Positions 16,754 through 23,800 of a stretch of 24,808 nt of DNA are shown here, in pieces. A program made the position numbers and the translations under genes. The number at the start of each line of letters is the position of its first letter. The stretch's first letter is position 1. This DNA is from a virus (lineage: Duplodnaviria > Caudoviricetes). The notes under the pieces are model-generated. The model did no database searches. It was not told where the DNA came from and worked only from the letters and a program-made list of their open reading frames with translations. The stretch spans positions 1 to 24,808 of the IMG/VR virus record IMGVR_UViG_3300036715_000180. One strand, written 5' to 3'.

Positions 16754-17823
16754 TGGGGATTTTCTTAGCGGCACTGGCAGCAGCTGGCGATGCTGGCGTT
16801 CAGTCGATGAATCAGAATATTGATCAGCAGAATCGCTCTGATTTAGAAACTCAACGGTCTGAACTGGCAACGCAGAAGGAGAAAGCGCTGACTGATTACA
16901 ATAATCAGGCAAAGATAAATTATGATAATCAAGTCAGAAAAGCAAGATCGGATGAAGTGAGTGATGGCGCACAAAAACTGGCACAACTACGTGCAGATGT
17001 CGCTAATCAAAATGCACAAGACCAAGGAGACGCCGCAGAGAATGCCTATGCAAACGCACCAGGTCTTTCTGATAGTGATAGGCGTGCTGGCATTATGGCA
17101 TCTCGTCAATACACCAAGGACAATACAACTAGCGGCAAGGCAGTGGCAACGGACGATGATATCCTGCATGCATCCGTCAATGCTGGATATACAAGCCCGA
17201 TGGAATTGCTGGCGATGAAGAAGCAAGATGCCCTTGCTAAATCACAAGCGATGCTAGCGGACATTAAAGAGCGTCATGAAGATAATAATGTTCAAAGGAC
17301 GATTCAGGCTGGAGAGCAAAATGCCAACTGGATGAAAGTTATGATGGCGAGAATTGAAGCGGATAAGTCGTCCAGTTCTGATAGTGAAGATACGGCAGCC
17401 ATCAAAACAGCAAAAGTCATTCAAGCCGATGAGAAAGGTCGAGGCAATGATATTTCTCTCGCGGAAGCAATTGACCGGACGCATAAGGCAGCAGATGCTG
17501 GAAATAACTTTGCGTTAAATTATGCAAAACTTCAATCGGAAGCTGGAATGATTCGACCAGATAAGGGAGATCCAACTAAGCCGGCACCGGGTAAATTATA
17601 TGCAACGGTTGACGATGCAATCGCAGCAGGTCAAAAAGCATTTATCAATCCTAGGGCGACATCAAAGCCAAGTGCCGCACCAAAACCTAGTAATTCCGAT
17701 AGTTCATTAAAAATTGCAAATGGTGTTACTTACGGAGGAAAAACTATATCTTATGATGACGTTCCCGCTGGCGCTACGTTCACCGATCCAAACGGAGTAA
17801 CTAGAATCAAAGGCGGTAAGTAA
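16753..17823 (+). CDS. Putative ejection protein (356 aa)
   Basis: AGGAG SD; short hydrophobic N-terminus, coiled coil, C-terminal YDDVPAGATFTDPNGVTRIK; TAATG-coupled to the giant ORF. Confidence 0.7.
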   Translation: MGIFLAALAAAGDAGVQSMNQNIDQQNRSDLETQRSELATQKEKALTDYNNQAKINYDNQVRKARSDEVSDGAQKLAQLRADVANQNAQDQGDAAENAYANAPGLSDSDRRAGIMASRQYTKDNTTSGKAVATDDDILHASVNAGYTSPMELLAMKKQDALAKSQAMLADIKERHEDNNVQRTIQAGEQNANWMKVMMARIEADKSSSSDSEDTAAIKTAKVIQADEKGRGNDISLAEAIDRTHKAADAGNNFALNYAKLQSEAGMIRPDKGDPTKPAPGKLYATVDDAIAAGQKAFINPRATSKPSAAPKPSNSDSSLKIANGVTYGGKTISYDDVPAGATFTDPNGVTRIKGGK

Positions 17824-20800
17824 TGGCAAATCCTTGGGATAACGATGCTGTAGTCAGTGCGCCTTGGGAAAATGATAAACCTGTAGCGGAATCCAAAGGC
17901 ATCATTGCGTCTGCATGGGATGGCGTGAAGTCTGCTGCAAGCAATGTCGCTGATGGCGTTGCAAGTGACGTGAAGAGTTTATATAGCTCGCCATCTAGCG
18001 TCATGGAAAACCTCGACCAGAAAAATCCAACGCCGTTGAATGAGCAGGGAACATCTAACCCTGCTCTCGGCCCGATGCGTAAGGATTATGTTGATAGCGT
18101 TCGCGCCAAGACATTGCCAGATCAGATCGATCAAGCTAAGACAGATCCGCAAGCGGCCAAGATTGCAGCGCAAACGCTTGCGCGGTCTAAGCAACCTGAT
18201 ACTTTATCGATGACTAATCAGGACATTTCTGACCACGCAGAAAGAATGTTGCATGGTGATGCTGCGCCAACTGATCTGTATGGCAATACTGAAATGCAGA
18301 AGGTTGACGATACCCCATACCAACTGACAAAGGAGGATGTTGATCATTTGATGAAATCTGGCGCCACTCTGGAAATGAGTAGCGGCTCAACGATCAAGGA
18401 TATCACTGCCAACGCAATGGGCGGCCTGTTGACGACCGGCGCGAAGTCTGTCGCCGCATTCAGTGATGCAGTTGGCGCTGATGATATGGCTGCAAAGGCC
18501 GATGCTTATGCCAAGCACGTTAATGAAATCATGCAGGAAAATGGAGGCAGCTCTGTTTCTGGAAAAGCAGCAAGTATTGTTGGTGCGATCACCAGTGTTC
18601 TAGCCTTGCCAGAATTGGCACTTGCTCATGTGGCGGCGAATGCTGGACTGTTTGCGATCCCTGCTTTCCGTGATACGCTAAATGAAAAGCTAGCCGAAGG
18701 TAATAGTTACGGAAATGCATTGTCACATGCTGTTGCTTCGTTTGGCGTAAATATGTTATTGCCAACAGTCGCAACAAAAGGCAGTGGCGCGGCTGCCAAG
18801 TTGTTCGGTGCGGCTGAAAAAGACTCTCTTGGGCAGACTGTCATTACGGCTACTGGCGCAAAGGGCGCAGCGGCACAACTAGGTTCTGCTGCTGCGGAAG
18901 GCGTTGGATTTTCGCTAGCTAGCCATGGCATTGATAAAGGCATTGATTTTGTATCAGGGCAAAAAAATGACTCTCAGTTAGATTCAAAGGATCTATTGGC
19001 AAACGCTATTGCTTTTGTTGCATTGCGAGGTCAACAAGCAAGAAAGCAGTACAATGGCTCTGCACTACATGATCAAATCGCAAATGAAATAAACTCAGTT
19101 AATCTTGCTGATGATTCGCAGTCAGTAGCCTTAAATAGACTCAAGCTAGATCCAAATTCAATTACACCACAAGAAACCGTTAAGCCTTTATTGGCGGCTC
19201 CCCTCGTCAATTCAGTTGCGCCTACAGTTGCCACCGACACACTAAGCAAGCTCAACGCAATCCGTCCATCGCCAGCCGATCAAATGTCATCCCTTCTCAG
19301 TCCAGAACAACGGGCATCGCTAGAGCAGGCAAAGAGCGAAGTCGTAGCAAAGCAAAAAATTGATAGCATCACCAGCGCACCGGATATTGATACGGCGATT
19401 GCAGCGGCGAAAGAAGCGGTCATTGCACCGATAGAGCAAAATACTAATCCAGCAAGAGAAGGCTATACGCCTGCAAGTTGGGTATTGCGTGAGAAAGCTA
19501 CTGGTAAAGTCATTGCTGAAACATTCGATCCTCAGAAAGTGGCCGCGCTTAATACTGACAAATACGAAGCTGTTCCTATCAATGAACATCTTGGAAGTCT
19601 ATCTAGCCACATTGCTGAATCGACTCAGGCGATTGATGCAGCAAAAGCAAAGGCACAAGAAGCCGCTGATCTGGCAGAGCATAATCGCATGGGCGAAGTC
19701 GTCTCACGCGAACAGTTGCCTATCGACAGTCCAATGACAGTCAATAAAAATCAAGTCACGCAAGGTATGCATGATCTCTTTGCGGCACATGATGCGATTA
19801 CCGGAACTAAGACGGTCATCGTTGATAAATTACCTGGGCATGCTGACGGTATGATGGTCGGCAAGGATGGAACAATCTACATTCACAAAGATGCGTCCAT
19901 TAACCCGATTGATGTCTTCAATCATGAAGTGTCGCATGTCACCGATCAAATTCTTGGCGACTCTGCAACGATCAAGCTTGCTGACGATGCAGTAACTTCT
20001 TCGATGACACCAGAAGCAAAAGCCCGTTATGCCATGTATTACCACGGCGGAGAACTTCCTGAAAACATCAAAGGTATTCTGACGACTGAGCAGCTTGCAC
20101 AAGCGGAAAAAGGCAGTCTCACCAAGAAAAATGCAAAAGGTGAATGGGTCAACGACCTGAAATTAACACCTGAACAATCGAATAAGATAGCAGATATTTT
20201 CCACAATAAAGATGGCAAAGGTACGGCTTACATTCAAGAATTACGGGCAGACTTACGCGCTCATGCTGTCAAAGACTCTGGATACTGGAAGACATTCAAA
20301 GATTCCTTGATTCAGCATTTTGGCGAAGAGAAGGCCAATGGAATTTTCACCAATCTGGCGAATGCTTTCAAAGCGACATTGGAGAAATACCAAGAAGCGT
20401 ACAAGAACAAGCCATCATTTGCGATTAAACAATTAGTTAATAATCACCAAGAGATTTACAACGCCATTGCTAAAGCAGATGCCGAGGCAACGAATGTTCG
20501 TGAAGTCGTTAAGGTCAAGGCAGAAAAGAAACAAGCGGAAGCAGCGGCACGCAAAGAATTAATTGATGGCTTGCAAGAAAAAACGAATAAAGAATTACGT
20601 GGTATTGCGGCAAATCATCCTCGCGTCTATTTGAAAAATGCGGCCGCAGAGTTAGTTGCAAAACGTGACGCTGATTTACGCTTGAGTAAGTCGATAGCGG
20701 CAAAAGACCAACTGAAAAAGTCATCTAGCGTCAATCCAAATGTCGATAGCATGGCTGATGCAATTGCGAAACTTGGCGGTATTAATCGCGAAAGTGTGGC

Positions 20801-23800
20801 GCAACGCTTGCAATTATCTCCTGAAGAACTCAATGCAAAGGGGCAAGTCGGCTTCCGTGCGGCACCGTTATTCCACAAGTACGGCATGAATATCGAGCGC
20901 ATGGCAGAACGCCTGGCAGAGCTTGGCTATATCCACATGGACGAAGGCGGCAAGCACGACCAGCACGACTTTGAAGACAAGTTAATGGAAGTAGCAAATG
21001 GGGTTGAAGTTCACACGCCTAATGCTATGATGTTAAGAGCGCAAGCAGAACATGAGCATGCCATGCAGGAAGTTGGCGTGGAGTCGAAGGGTGACTTTGA
21101 ACATGTTGAAGATCGCGGTGATGCTGTTCAAGATGCCGTAGAGGGTAAACGCGATCCATTGGATGATAGCGATATTGCTTTCTTTGATCATGAGATCGAA
21201 AATAAAACTACCGCGCAAAATATGCGTGATCTTGGCTTTAGTGAAGAGGAAATTAAGAATGAACTTGCCAGAGAAGAAGAATCCAACGCCAGAAGAGAAG
21301 CGGAAATTTCTCATTCTGATGAGGGAATTTCACAAGATACCACCGGAAGAACGGGTGATGGTAGCGAAAGAGATGAAGCGCCGTATTCTCTCCAAGGCGA
21401 AAGCGCAGACGAAGCCAACGCAAGGCTAGAGAAAGAAGACCGTCAAGCCTACGAAGACCGTCAATCCGAGCAGGAACAGCATAACCGCGCCCAAGCTGAT
21501 AAGGAAGTTGGTAACTTCGGATTGACTGGCAGCGACCGTTCGGCAGATCGCAACGATGGTCAGAATAATTTGTTCAGCCCGAAGCGCGAAGATTACAAAT
21601 GGGAGACTGTCACTGAGACTGAAAATGGACCAGAGTTTAGCAATAAGCATTTTCTCTTACTGCCTACGCATGTGGACAATACATTCGATGCGAAATGGTT
21701 TCTTGGTGGTCGAGAGTATGCAGAAAGTAATGCGCATCACTATTGGGTATTTGATAAAAATAATCAAAAAGTCGCTAATCTTTCCCTTGAAATTGCGCAT
21801 GGCAAGATAGAAAAATTGCTTTCTATTGAGGTTGAGCCTACACTGAAAGGCAAGGGAATCGGCCGTGATGTTGTTGGCTCATTGTTAGCAAATGACAATT
21901 ATCTTCCTGATCATGCGGGGCAAGGCACTGGCTATGATGATTTACTGGCAAGTACCGATAAATATTTAAAAGTCTTCGATATCTTGAAGCAAAGTGAACC
22001 ATTCTGGAAAAAGGTAGGGGCAGATGAACTCAACGCAGACAATAACGGACAAACCAACTGGTCAAGTTTTGAGCGAGGACAGGCACGCAGAGAGGATGCG
22101 CCGCGCCAGGGAGGGATCGGAGAAGGCAATGCAGAGTCCGGCGAACCAGGAACGATTAAGTCAGGCCCTCGCCCGGATGCGTCAGGTTCAGAAAACGAAG
22201 TAAAGTATTCGCCTAAGCGCGAAGAAACATGGCACTACAGCCAACTATCAAAATCCATCGAAGAAGCGCCTGATCGCGTCTTTGGTGCGCCTAAACAAGT
22301 CGCAATGTGGCTGGACTCTAACGCTGGCAAGCTAGGCGTTAAGAAGGACGAAATACAGTGGACGGGTGTTACCGACTGGCTCAACATGCAAACCGGAAAA
22401 GTATCTAAGGCTGATGTCTTGGATTACTTGCGTTCTGGCGGTGTGCAGGTTCATGAGGTAATGAAGGGCGAGGATCAATATAGATATTTTGTAAAAGATA
22501 TGCAGAAGAAGTATGGTGATTCTTGGGTTGGCGATTTGTCCGATGCTGAAAAGAAAAAGAAAGAAGATTTTTTCAATTCAAGCAATGAGTTGGGTCAAAC
22601 AAAATATGAACAATATCAATTACCAGGTGGTGATAACTATCGTGAGTTATTGCTGACATTACCTAAAAATCAGGTATTGCCAGAAGGTTATTCCGTCATA
22701 GACAATCCAAGTTCAGCGCAAAATGCAAGAAAATTTATTGTCATTGATGGAGATAATAATAGGCTTGGAAGCGGCAATACAAAAGAAGAGGCTTTGCAAA
22801 CTTATTTTAATCATCATCAATCTGGTGATATGTATAAGTCCACCCATTGGGATGAAAAAAACATTCTCGCGCATATCCGATTTAATGACCGTACAGATAC
22901 CGAAGGCAATAAGGTTCTCTTTATAGAAGAATTGCAATCGGATTGGGGACAAGAGGGCTTGAAGAAGGGATTTAATTCACCAGATGATTACGAAAAAACA
23001 TTAGCCGATTTAAAAGCTAGATACCATGCAGCACCAGATGATAGTCCGCAACAAGACTCATTGCGTCGTCAGCTTGAAGACATGGTTTTATCCGATAATA
23101 AGAAAGGCGTACCATCTGCCCCATTCGTCACTAAAACAGAATCATGGCTACAGCTAGGCATCAAGCGCATGACAGCTTATGCCGTTGAACATGGCTATGA
23201 TAAGGTGGCTTTTGTGAATGGTGAGCAGTCTTCTAGCCGGTATGACCTGACAAAGCACATTGACGAAATCAGTTACCTGAAAAAACCAGATGGAAGTATT
23301 GCCACAATATCAGCAACAAAAGACGGATCATTTGTCTTTGATAAGCACAATATTGATATGGATGAAGTCGAGGCAACATTTGGAAAAGAGATTGCTAAAA
23401 AGATTGAATCAAGCGAGGGGCATAGCGATAATCGAGGACGTAAAGTTTTAGAAGGCGTTGATCTCAAAGTCGGCGGCGAAGGAATGAAAACCTTCTACGA
23501 TAAAATCGTTCCTCAGAATATCAATGATGCCTTAAAGAAGATTGGCGGCGGCCGGGTTGAGGGCGTGGATATTGGCGTTCCAAATGAGATTAAGTATTCT
23601 GTTGAAGAATATCGCGGTCCGACTGCGACACTTGAGCAAGTCAAACTTGTTCTTGATGTAGCTTCCAAGCCTGGCTCCGTATGGGAAAGCCCGATAACAG
23701 GTGAGCGCCAAGATGGCGTAGTCTCTCGTATTGCCAATGAAAATCCTTTAAAGAGAATAGTCAAGTCAATGGAAAATGGATCTTCATTTGAAGATGCAAT

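Noticed and set aside
20494-20562. GAGG-led +1-frame 22-aa basic ORF (MFVKSLRSRQKRNKRKQRHAKN)
   Set aside because: Very short and explained as the shadow of an E/A/K-rich helix in the main frame.
21163-21258. Upstream start proposed by the track for nested ORF A
   Set aside because: Non-ATG start without a clear SD; ATG 21259 has GAGGA at good spacing.
21435-21464. GAAGACCGTCAA direct repeat, 18-nt period
   Set aside because: Only two copies, in a linker (EDRQ twice); likely a local duplication.
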